Source: Acidimicrobiia bacterium (GTDB lineage: Bacteria > Actinomycetota > Acidimicrobiia > Spongiisociales > ZC4RG35). Taken from it: a DNA stretch of 64,000 bases. A program made the translations under genes and the position numbers. Positions 9,880 through 18,507 of the stretch are shown piece by piece (the first letter of the stretch is position 1; every line of letters begins with the position of its first letter). The notes under the pieces are model-generated. The model saw only the letters and a program-made list of their open reading frames with translations. It did not search any database and had not been told where the DNA came from. Location: contig JBHJOQ010000036.1 of NCBI GenBank assembly GCA_050329555.1, forward strand, positions 13,962 to 77,961, in the 5' to 3' direction.

Positions 9880-9928
9880 TTCTGTGAGGGGTTTGTGCAC
9901 ACTCACCGTCAGTAGACACGCACAGAAC
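9880..9928. repeat. Degenerate copy of the TTCTGTG...CACAGAA palindromic element
   Basis: TTCTGTGAGGGGTTTGTGCACACTCACCGTCAGTAGACACGCACAGAAC, located between the PadR start and the LCP gene end. Confidence 0.6.
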
Positions 9929-9932
9929 GGTT

Positions 9933-11033
9933 TTAGGGGAGGTAGCTGGCGAAGGGTCTGGTGGGGAGTAGGACCTGGGCGCCGCCGGGGGTGCGGTAGT
10001 TTCTGACGCCGATCGAGAAGCGGGTCACCGAGTCCTTGGAGATACCCCGGTACTTCCAGGCGGTGGACACGGCCGATGAGAAGGACCACGACGAGTCGAG
10101 ACGGACCGAACCGGTGACGGCGGAGAGAGTGTTGACCAGGGTGGTCGGACTGCTGAACCCGGCTGCTTTGGCTGCCAGCTGGAACAAGACATCCTGCTGG
10201 CGGGCCTGCCTGCCGAAGTCAGAGCCTCCTGTGCTAACCCATGAACCGTTCCTCAACTCCTGGCCCTGTCGTGACCTCACCCAGGCCAGGGCCGTGGTGC
10301 CGTTGATGTTCTGACAGCCTGGCTCTTCGATGAGCAAGTGCGACTTCAAGTCCCGGGTCGGGTAATCGACACAGACCGTCACCCCGCCGAGGGCGTCGAC
10401 GACCTTGGCGAAGCCGGAGAAGTTGATCCGGGCGAGATGGTCGATGGGAATACCGGTGTAGTCCTCGACGAGGATTGCCATCATCTCCGGGCCCGAGGCG
10501 AAACCTGAGCACCCGCCCAACCCGGCATTCAGCCTGGTGAAGGTTTCCTTGCAGACGTTCCAGACGTAGAGATCCCGCGGAAGGCTGACCATGATCGGCC
10601 TTCCTCCGCCCGCAGGCTGTAGGGCGAGGATGATGGCGTCGGCGAGGAAGCCGGAAGCGTCGGTGCCGAGCAGCAGGTACGACTCGTGGGCTTCGTCGGG
10701 GATCGGCTCACCGAAGGAGTGCGGGCTGAACTCGCGGGGGTTGAAGAGCCGTTCGATGTCGAATACGGAGGCCAACTCCTCCTGGAAGGCAACCATGTCG
10801 AGTGGTTCGTCGTCGATGTCAGTCGGTTCGGCAAAGACGATGTTGCGGTCGTCGGCGTCTTCGTTGCCGATATCGTCGCGAGCGCCATCGGGGTCGAAGT
10901 CCTCGGTGGCGATGGCGGTGAAGGCTGTGCTCACCTGGTACGCGTAGAAGCACGCCACGCCGAGCAGGACCCCGGCAATGGCGGCGAAGGCCACCCGGAC
11001 CGGGTGGAAAACGACGTATTTGACCACAGCCAA
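9933..11033 (-). CDS. LCP (LytR-CpsA-Psr) family cell-envelope phosphotransferase
   Basis: 366 aa with an N-terminal transmembrane helix followed by an LCP-like catalytic region. Confidence 0.85.
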   Translation of the reverse strand: MAVVKYVVFHPVRVAFAAIAGVLLGVACFYAYQVSTAFTAIATEDFDPDGARDDIGNEDADDRNIVFAEPTDIDDEPLDMVAFQEELASVFDIERLFNPREFSPHSFGEPIPDEAHESYLLLGTDASGFLADAIILALQPAGGGRPIMVSLPRDLYVWNVCKETFTRLNAGLGGCSGFASGPEMMAILVEDYTGIPIDHLARINFSGFAKVVDALGGVTVCVDYPTRDLKSHLLIEEPGCQNINGTTALAWVRSRQGQELRNGSWVSTGGSDFGRQARQQDVLFQLAAKAAGFSSPTTLVNTLSAVTGSVRLDSSWSFSSAVSTAWKYRGISKDSVTRFSIGVRNYRTPGGAQVLLPTRPFASYLP

Positions 11034-11060
11034 CGTCGTGAGACTAGAACGCGGGCACTG

Positions 11061-11465
11061 TCATTCCGGGGAGATGTGGACTGTCCCTGTGAACACACCG
11101 GCCACACTCCCATCGTCGCGGACCACCTTCACGTGGTAGGTGCCCAGGGTCCGGCCCCGGGACAACTCGATGGCGGTAGCAGTCAACCGGTTGCCGGTGC
11201 GTGCCGCCGCGGTGAACACCATGTGGGTGTCGATTGCCACCGCCACCGGACCGGCCGAGTTCGATGCCAGGGAGAAGGCGCAGTCGGCCAGCGAGAAGAC
11301 CATGCCTCCGTGGCCCCCGCTGAGGAAGTTGAGATGACGGTCTTCTACGTCGAGGGCGACGACCAGCTCGTCGTCGCTGACCGAGACCAGCTGGGCACCA
11401 AGGGCGTTGGCGTAGGCATCGGCGGCGAACAGTTCGGCGACGCGCCCGGGATTGAAGCCTGACAT
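11061..11465 (-). CDS. PaaI/hotdog-fold thioesterase
   Basis: About 134 aa starting MSGFNPGRVAELFAADAYANALG... with a hotdog-fold pattern. The longer 194-aa ORF in the track is an Arg-rich 5' extension that is unlikely to be real. Confidence 0.75.
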   Translation of the reverse strand: MSGFNPGRVAELFAADAYANALGAQLVSVSDDELVVALDVEDRHLNFLSGGHGGMVFSLADCAFSLASNSAGPVAVAIDTHMVFTAAARTGNRLTATAIELSRGRTLGTYHVKVVRDDGSVAGVFTGTVHISPE

Positions 11466-11506
11466 TGCCCAGCAGGGTAGTTGCGCCCAAAGGCGGATTC
11501 TCACCG

Positions 11507-12424
11507 ATGCCGGAACTCGGCGCGCGGGTGTTAGCCTCCCGACACGTGCTGCCACTTTCACACGTCGCCTCCGGCAAGGTGAGGGAGATCTACGAGATCG
11601 ACCCCGACCACCTTCTTTTTGTCGCAACCGATCGCATCTCCGCATATGACGTGATCCTCCCGCAACTGATCCCCGACAAAGGCCGCGTGCTCACCGGGCT
11701 CAGCCTTCACTTCTTCGACCTCCTCGACGCCCCCAACCACCTGGTGTCTACAGACCTCTCTACCATCGAAGGCCTCGACGACGCCGAGCGGGAAGAGCTC
11801 GACGGACGGGCGATGATCGTCCGCCGCGCCGAAGTGATACCTGTCGAGTGCGTCGTGCGCGGCTATCTCTACGGATCGTCCTGGCGCGAATACCGCGATG
11901 GCGGTGGGCCTACGACCGAGCATCTTCCCCAGGGCCTGAAGCTCGCGGACAAACTAGACGAGCCGATATTCACCCCGGCTACCAAAGCGGCCAGTGGCCA
12001 TGACGAGAACATCACCGAAGCTCGGACCCGGGAGCTACTCGGCAACGACCTCTACGAGGAGCTGCGCCGGCAATCGATCGACATCTACACCAGAGCAACC
12101 GAATATGCCGCTGAGAAGGGGGTGATCCTCGCTGACACCAAGTTCGAGTTCGGCTTTGCGGGTGACGAACTGCTCCTCATCGACGAGGTGCTCACCCCCG
12201 ATTCCTCGCGATACTGGCCGGTCGATGAATGGGAGCCGGGTAACGACGTTCCCAGCTTCGACAAGCAGTACGTGCGGGAGTGGCTCGAACAGCAGCCCTG
12301 GGACAAGAGCCCGCCGGCACCCGACCTTCCCGACGACGTGGTTGCCGGGACCAGGGCGCGGTATGTCGAGGCCTACGAGAAGATCACCGGCAAGAGCTTC
12401 GACGACTACCTCGCGGGGTCCTAG
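11507..12424 (+). CDS. purC: Phosphoribosylaminoimidazole-succinocarboxamide synthase (SAICAR synthetase). The start may instead be GTG at about 11545.
   Basis: GKVREIYEID N-terminal motif and overall SAICAR-synthetase pattern. Confidence 0.9.
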   Translation: MPELGARVLASRHVLPLSHVASGKVREIYEIDPDHLLFVATDRISAYDVILPQLIPDKGRVLTGLSLHFFDLLDAPNHLVSTDLSTIEGLDDAEREELDGRAMIVRRAEVIPVECVVRGYLYGSSWREYRDGGGPTTEHLPQGLKLADKLDEPIFTPATKAASGHDENITEARTRELLGNDLYEELRRQSIDIYTRATEYAAEKGVILADTKFEFGFAGDELLLIDEVLTPDSSRYWPVDEWEPGNDVPSFDKQYVREWLEQQPWDKSPPAPDLPDDVVAGTRARYVEAYEKITGKSFDDYLAGS

Positions 12425-12562
12425 TGGGTGGAAAGTTGGAGTCGCACCAGCACAGCGTGGGTGAGATCGGTCCCCCCTCCCCCTCGCTTCGCGCGGGTAC
12501 TCCCCCGTTTGGCTCCGCCTCCGGGGGGAGAGAATGAGGTCGCTTTGCTCCGGGGGGAGAAT

Positions 12563-12805
12563 GTGAGGGTTCGGGTCGAGGTGACACGTCGGCCCGAGAT
12601 CGCCGACCCGCAGGGCACCACGATCAAGAGGGCGCTACACGATCTGGGGCACACCGCCGTCACTGAGGTGCGGGTGAACAGTGTCTTTCATCTCGAAGTC
12701 GATAGCGCAGACCCCGACGATGTCCGGAGCAACATCGAGGAGATGTGCCGCCAGCTGCTCGCCAACCCTGTGCTCGAGGATTTCGATATCGAGCTTCTCC
12801 CGTGA
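12563..12805 (+). CDS. purS: FGAM synthase PurS subunit
   Basis: GTG start giving MRVRVEVTRRPEIADPQGTTIKRALHDLGH..., about 80 aa. The stop overlaps the purQ GTG (GTGA). Confidence 0.85.
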   Translation: MRVRVEVTRRPEIADPQGTTIKRALHDLGHTAVTEVRVNSVFHLEVDSADPDDVRSNIEEMCRQLLANPVLEDFDIELLP

Positions 12806-13446
12806 CGACCGCAGTCGTCGTATTTCCCGGCACCAACTGCGAGCACGACGTGGTGAGCGCCATCACCGGTCTCGGCGGGAGTGCCCGGTTGGTGTGGCAC
12901 CGGGAGACCGATCTCGATGGCTATGACAGCGTGATCCTCCCGGGTGGATTCGCTCATGGCGACGCCCTCCGCACCGGCGCAATCGCCCGATTCTCCCCGA
13001 TCATGGATGCGGTCGCGCGGTTCGCCGAAGCAGGCAAGCCGGTCGTCGGGATCTGCAACGGGTTCCAGATCCTCTGCGAGGCGGGTCTTCTCCCCGGCGC
13101 CCTCATTGCCAACCGCGACCTGTCGTTCATCTGCCGCTACGTCGGAGTCGAGGTCGCCGACACCGGGACTGTCCTCACCAACAATGCCGAACCGGGCCAG
13201 AGGCTTCGCATCCCGCTCAATTCATATGAGGGCAACTGGGTCAGCCCCGAAGGCGAGGGTCGGGTGGTGGTCAGGTACGTCGACGACCCGAACGGTTCGA
13301 CGGACAGGGCCGCAGCGGTCGCCAACTCCGCAGGGAACGTTGTCGGGATCATGCCCCACCCGGAGCGGGCCACCGATCGTCTCCTCGGGTCCACCGACGG
13401 CAACGTCTTCCTCCGCAGCTTTCTCGGCTCGCTCCTCCCGGCATGA
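12802..13446 (+). CDS. purQ: FGAM synthase glutamine amidotransferase subunit
   Basis: [12 protein letters not shown]...GICNGFQIL...HPER class-I glutamine-amidotransferase triad pattern. Confidence 0.9.
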   Translation: MTTAVVVFPGTNCEHDVVSAITGLGGSARLVWHRETDLDGYDSVILPGGFAHGDALRTGAIARFSPIMDAVARFAEAGKPVVGICNGFQILCEAGLLPGALIANRDLSFICRYVGVEVADTGTVLTNNAEPGQRLRIPLNSYEGNWVSPEGEGRVVVRYVDDPNGSTDRAAAVANSAGNVVGIMPHPERATDRLLGSTDGNVFLRSFLGSLLPA

Positions 13447-15590
13447 CCGAACCACCGGTTCATCGCCAACTCGGGATGACCGACGGGGAATACGAGTCTG
13501 TCGTCGGCATCCTCGACCGCCCGCCGATGCCCGCCGAGCTTGCAATGTACTCGGTGATGTGGTCGGAGCACTGCTCATACAAGTCGTCCCGCAAACACCT
13601 CGGCCGCTTCCCCACCGAGGCTCCCTGGGTTGTTGTCGGTCCCGGCGAGAACGCAGGAGTTGTCGACCTCGGTGACGGCTGGCTGGCCGCGCTGCGCATT
13701 GAATCCCACAACCACCCTTCATTTGTCGAGCCATATCAGGGTGCGGCCACAGGAGTCGGGGGGATCCTCCGCGACGTGTTCACCATGGGAGCCCGCCCCA
13801 TCGCCCTTTGGGACCAGATTCGCTTCGGGCCCCTCGACAACCCGAAGAACCGCTACCTGCTCAACGGTGTGGTCGGAGGAATTGCCGGCTACGGGAACGC
13901 AGTCGGCGTCCCGACCGTGGGCGGTGAGATCGAATTCGACCCCGGCTACACGGGCAACCCCCTGGTCAACGTGATGTGCCTCGGAATCCTGAAGCGGGAG
14001 CAACTGGTCCTGGGCACCGCCGGCACTCCGGGGACCATGGCGGTGCTGTTGGGGAAGGCTACCGGCCGCGACGGGATCGGCGGGGCCTCGGTGCTGGCGT
14101 CGGCGTCTTTCGACGAGGAGTCCGGAGCGAAACGGCCGTCGGTGCAGGTAGGTGACCCATTTGAGGAGAAGAAACTCATCGAGGCCTGTCTCGAGCTCTA
14201 CGAAAAGGGGCTGGTAGTCGGAGTGCAGGACCTCGGCGCCGCCGGGCTTTCCTGTGCCACCTCCGAGCCCGCAGGGCGGGCCGGGGTCGGCATGGAGGTC
14301 GATCTCGACCGGGTCCACACTCGAGAGCCGGGGATGACCGCCCCGGAGCTGTTGATGTCCGAGTCCCAGGAGAGGATGATGGCGTTTGTCGCGCCGGAGA
14401 AGGTCGCCGAGGTGCTCGCCGTCGCCGACAGATGGGAGATCGACTCTGCAGTGGTCGGTGAGGTGAAGGCTGGCGGGACGCTGCGGATCTCCCATCGGGG
14501 AGAGGTGGTCGCCGAGCTGCCCGCAGCCACCCTTGCCGACAACGCGCCCCTCTACGACCGGCCTGCCCAACGCCCCGACTGGCTCGACGATGTCCAGGCC
14601 CGACCCGGACCGCTCCTTTCCTCCCATGAACCGGCCGAACTCCTGCACCAACTCCTCGACGATCCGGCAATCGGGTCGTCTGCCTGGATCCACGAGCAGT
14701 ACGACCACATGCTGTTCCTGAACACCGTGGTCGGCCCGGGCTCGGACGGCTCGCTGCTCCGGGTCAAAGGGACGGACAAGGGGCTGGCAGTCTCCACCGA
14801 CGGCAACGGGCGACTCTGCTATCTCGATCCCAGGGTCGGCGGCGCCCGCCTGGTCTACGAGGCGGCACTCAACGTCGCGGTGACCGGGGCGCGACCAATC
14901 GCCCTGGTCGACAACCTCAACTTCGGGAACCCGGAGAAACCCGAGGTCATGTGGCAATTCATGGAATCGGTGGAAGGGATTTCGCAGGCATGTGAAGCGC
15001 TTGAGATCCCGGTGGTCGGAGGCAACGTCTCGTTCTACAACGAGACCGACGGCGTCGATATCAACCCCACCCCCGTCGTCGGGATCTTGGGTCTTGCCGA
15101 CCCGATGCCCCAGGACCCGCCCCGGATCTCGCGGGCAACCGAGGGCATGGAGTTGTGGTTGGTAGGGCCCGAAGCATCCGACAACCTCGCCGGGACCGCT
15201 GTGCAGCGGCTGCTCGACGTCAACCCCGGCGGCATCCCCACCTCCCCGGACCCTGCGATCGCCCGCACGGTGATTGCCCTTGCTGCCGACCTCGCCCACA
15301 CCGCCCCGGTGCTCCACGACATCTCCGACGGCGGGTTGGCGGTGACAGCAGCCGAGATCAGCATCGCCTCGGGGGTTGGAGTCAGCATCGACGTTCCCGA
15401 AGCAGAGATCTTCTCCGAGGACCCGCACCGCTTACTGGTCGGGGTCGCACCCGGGTCGACCCAGCCTGCTCAAGCTGCTCGAAGGGTGGGCATCTTCGGT
15501 GGGAGCCGCATCGTCATCAACGGTTCGGCCCTCGACCTCGACACCGCGGCGTCTACCTACCGCGATGCCCTCCCCCGCCGAATCCGATAG
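13443..15590 (+). CDS. purL: FGAM synthase II
   Basis: 715 aa with an AIRS-like duplicated domain and the N-terminal motif [19 protein letters not shown]. Confidence 0.95.
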   Translation: MTEPPVHRQLGMTDGEYESVVGILDRPPMPAELAMYSVMWSEHCSYKSSRKHLGRFPTEAPWVVVGPGENAGVVDLGDGWLAALRIESHNHPSFVEPYQGAATGVGGILRDVFTMGARPIALWDQIRFGPLDNPKNRYLLNGVVGGIAGYGNAVGVPTVGGEIEFDPGYTGNPLVNVMCLGILKREQLVLGTAGTPGTMAVLLGKATGRDGIGGASVLASASFDEESGAKRPSVQVGDPFEEKKLIEACLELYEKGLVVGVQDLGAAGLSCATSEPAGRAGVGMEVDLDRVHTREPGMTAPELLMSESQERMMAFVAPEKVAEVLAVADRWEIDSAVVGEVKAGGTLRISHRGEVVAELPAATLADNAPLYDRPAQRPDWLDDVQARPGPLLSSHEPAELLHQLLDDPAIGSSAWIHEQYDHMLFLNTVVGPGSDGSLLRVKGTDKGLAVSTDGNGRLCYLDPRVGGARLVYEAALNVAVTGARPIALVDNLNFGNPEKPEVMWQFMESVEGISQACEALEIPVVGGNVSFYNETDGVDINPTPVVGILGLADPMPQDPPRISRATEGMELWLVGPEASDNLAGTAVQRLLDVNPGGIPTSPDPAIARTVIALAADLAHTAPVLHDISDGGLAVTAAEISIASGVGVSIDVPEAEIFSEDPHRLLVGVAPGSTQPAQAARRVGIFGGSRIVINGSALDLDTAASTYRDALPRRIR

Positions 15591-15717
15591 CCCTCGGGGG
15601 CCTGGAGTGCACCTTCGCTTAGCATCCAATACTCGTGGAGGCGAGCGCAGAGACCCCCGGTGAACTCGAGCACCAGGGCACCGGAATCGGTCGTGACCGA
15701 CCTGTTCAACGGAAGCC

Positions 15718-15945
15718 CTAATGTCGCCGGACAGATCGACCTTCGCCAATCGACTTCCAATGTGCGAGCGAGATGTCAAACTTCGCTCGTGCTTCCTGCT
15801 CGGTCTTGCCTTCAACTGCAAACCTCCAGGGATGGCCTTCCGGCGTGGATGCGAACCAACCTAGGTCGTTCGCTCGTTTTGTCAGGATCGGCTGTGTTGC
15901 TACTTCCATAGCTCCATTTCTATGCTCCAAACGCTCGATTGGCAA
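15718..15945 (-). CDS. Small hypothetical protein in the low-GC islet
   Basis: 75-aa ORF (about 63 aa from the internal Met) in an AT-richer region. No recognisable motif. Confidence 0.3.
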   Translation of the reverse strand: MPIERLEHRNGAMEVATQPILTKRANDLGWFASTPEGHPWRFAVEGKTEQEARAKFDISLAHWKSIGEGRSVRRH

Positions 15946-16035
15946 ACATTTCTACCTAATCGTTTAAGGTCTGAACGACCGGATTGCAAAACGTTCAGTT
16001 AGTTCGTACACTCGATCTGAACACAGAGGTGAACA

Positions 16036-16718
16036 TGCCGATACAAGACTCAGGATATGCGCCATACGCTCCCGGCCACGCAGTTGAGGCCGTGATCGAA
16101 CATGGGAGAGAAAAGGGATTTCCCGAAGCCGTGGACACAACTTTCCTGTCTCGATTGGTAAGCGACGCCTACGCGCCTCGGACTCGGAAAGCTCTCGAGC
16201 ACCTCGACCTGATTGAGGAAGATACTGGGAGACCTACTCCCACGCTCATGAAGATAAAGGCAGAACACTCGGATCACCTCCAAGACACTCTTCAGGAATG
16301 GTTCAACGAGGTATACCAACCCATCTTGACGTTCGTCTCGCCAGCAGACGACATCGAAAGGATCACAGAGCAGTTCCGGCCGTACTCGCCTGACGGCCAG
16401 CGCGACAGAATGGTTCAGCTTTTCCTTTCACTAGCTGCATATGTCGGCCTGATTGAATCGGTGCCGAAAAAACCGCGGGGCGCGACTTCCAAAGCCGCTG
16501 CGAAGAAAGTAAACAACAGAGTGAGGGCACCGGAGTCGGAGGCTCCGCGACAACCCCAACGGGATGTTGAATCGACAAGTACTCCCAGAGCGTCGTCAGA
16601 GCGGTATCTCGACCTACTAATCGGGCTTGCAGAGAAGGCCGATGGTGACCCGTCATCAGAACTGCTTGACCGTATTGAGAGGGTTCTCGGTGTCCCTAGG
16701 CAGGAGGAGAGGGTCTGA
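16036..16718 (+). CDS. Hypothetical protein encoded in the low-GC islet. Start probably MPIQDSGY.
   Basis: 227-aa ORF with lower GC than its surroundings and a Lys/Ala-rich central linker (KKPRGATSKAAAKKVNNRV). No family recognised. Confidence 0.5.
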
Positions 16719-16847
16719 ACAGGATTGAGAGGCGCAATGCGGCCCCGAGAATCCAGAAGGGACCGAAGAAACCGACCCAAAGCCGTCCACCGAGGTCAGA
16801 TACGAAGAGCCACCTTGAGAGATCGTGCGATGGAACCAAAAAATCAA

Positions 16848-16934
16848 GGAGAGTTGGCCGAGTGGTCTATGGCGGGCGACTCAAAACCGTCTGGAGTCTC
16901 ACAGCTCCCATGGGTTCGAATCCCATACTCTCCA
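16848..16934 (+). tRNA. tRNA-Leu (anticodon CAA), type II with a long variable arm
   Basis: GGAGAGT acceptor stem pairing with ACTCTCC, T-arm ATGGG-TTCGAAT-CCCAT, anticodon loop CTCAAAA, variable arm GGAGTCTCACAGCTCC and discriminator A. CCA is not encoded. Confidence 0.85.
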
Positions 16935-16938
16935 CACA

Positions 16939-16968
16939 GAGAAGGGCAAGGAATTCCCTTGCCCTTCT
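16939..16968 (+). terminator. Perfect 13-bp hairpin immediately after tRNA-Leu
   Basis: GAGAAGGGCAAGG-AATT-CCTTGCCCTTCTC followed by TTCAATCG. Confidence 0.7.
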
Positions 16969-17379
16969 CTTCAATCGTCACCGCTGTAGCCACGTTCGCC
17001 CTTCGTTACCTCCGGGCGAGACAAGCTCGATTTAATTCTCACAGTACGGCTTGTCAGCTGTCGGTGTCTCACATACGCTTTCGCGTTGTTGTGACCTTAT
17101 GAATCCCCATTATATAGCGTACGCGGAGAATTGGAATAGGAGTGCTGTACAAATTGGGGCTTGAACACGACCTCGTTTCGCTCTCATTGCTGCATTCAAA
17201 TGAACTGTGCGCGCAGAATAGGCTCAAACACACAAACATGGATCGTGCTCCGGGGTGCGCCACCAAATAATCAGAGGCTCTTGCCTGTCCCTTGCGACTT
17301 GAGGTCGACACGAGGCGGAGAACTGCTTCATGACTGCTGATCTGGGTCGGGTGGGGTTTGAGGGTTTAGCATCGGGTTT

Positions 17380-18501
17380 GTGGCTTTGAAGATTGGGATC
17401 CTTACTGCCGGGGGCGACAGCCCCGGATTGAACGCCGCGATTCGCGCGGTTGGGAAGGCGGCGATCCGGGCGCACGGGATGACTGTCATCGGTTTCAAGG
17501 ATGGCTTCCGCGGGCTCATGGAGAATCGTTATGTCCAGCTCGAGTCGGATGACCTCTCCGGCATCCTCACCCGGGGCGGCACCGTTCTCGGGACCAGTCG
17601 CACCAACTGCACCAGGGTCGAAATGCCGGACGGATCGATCATCGACGGCCGCGCTGAAATGGTTCGGGTCATCGAGGAACACCAGATCGACGCCCTGGTC
17701 TGTCTCGGCGGCGACGGCACTGCGAAAAACGCGATAAAGCTGGAGAGCTTCGGCGTTCCAGTTCTCACCCTCCCCAAGACCATCGACAACGATGTGGCCG
17801 GAACCGACGTCACCTTCGGGTTCGACACTGCGCTGAATATCGCCACCGAGGCAATCGACCGACTCCACTCGACCGCCCATTCCCATCACAGGATCATGGT
17901 TGTGGAATTGATGGGCCACACCGTCGGCTGGCTGGCCCTCGGCGCGGGACTCGCTGGCGGGGCGGATGTGATCCTCATTCCGGAAATCCCCCACGATGTG
18001 GAGACGGTTGCCCATTCGATCATTGCCCGCAAGGAGGCAGGGAGCACCTTCTCGATCGCCGCTGTCGCCGAAGGTGCAATCAGCTTCGACAACGCGGCGA
18101 GACGCGCAGAGATGCGCGCTGAGAAGGCAAATGCAACCGGGGAACGAAAGGCAACCCTCAAGAAGGCACTGGTTGAATTCGACATGGCCAACGTCGGAGG
18201 CACCCGTGATCTGGCGGCGCAACTGAGTGCCCTGACCGGCCTCGAGTCGCGATTGACGATCCTGGGCCATGTTCAGCGGGGCGGCACTCCAACACCGGCG
18301 GACCGCCTGCTGGCAACCCGGCTGGGGACCGCATGTGCCGACCTCATCGCCGATGGCATTCACGGAGTGATGGTTGCCGCCCGGGGACAGGACACCGTCG
18401 CCGTCCCACTTGAAGAGGTTGCAGGAAAGACAAGAGCGGTGCCCGTCGACCACTCGTGGGTGCTCTCGGCACGCCGCCTCGGGATCACCATAGGTGATTG
18501 A
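17380..18501 (+). CDS. pfkA: 6-phosphofructokinase
   Basis: [19 protein letters not shown] and LGGDGT motifs. GTG start. Confidence 0.9.
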   Translation: MALKIGILTAGGDSPGLNAAIRAVGKAAIRAHGMTVIGFKDGFRGLMENRYVQLESDDLSGILTRGGTVLGTSRTNCTRVEMPDGSIIDGRAEMVRVIEEHQIDALVCLGGDGTAKNAIKLESFGVPVLTLPKTIDNDVAGTDVTFGFDTALNIATEAIDRLHSTAHSHHRIMVVELMGHTVGWLALGAGLAGGADVILIPEIPHDVETVAHSIIARKEAGSTFSIAAVAEGAISFDNAARRAEMRAEKANATGERKATLKKALVEFDMANVGGTRDLAAQLSALTGLESRLTILGHVQRGGTPTPADRLLATRLGTACADLIADGIHGVMVAARGQDTVAVPLEEVAGKTRAVPVDHSWVLSARRLGITIGD

Positions 18502-18507
18502 GCAAAG

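Noticed and set aside
13719-15428. 569-aa minus-strand ORF antisense to purL
   Set aside because: Same high-GC antisense artefact. purL on the plus strand is unambiguous.
16725-17102. 125-aa ORF overlapping tRNA-Leu
   Set aside because: It overlaps a confidently folded tRNA and its terminator. Arg-rich artefact.
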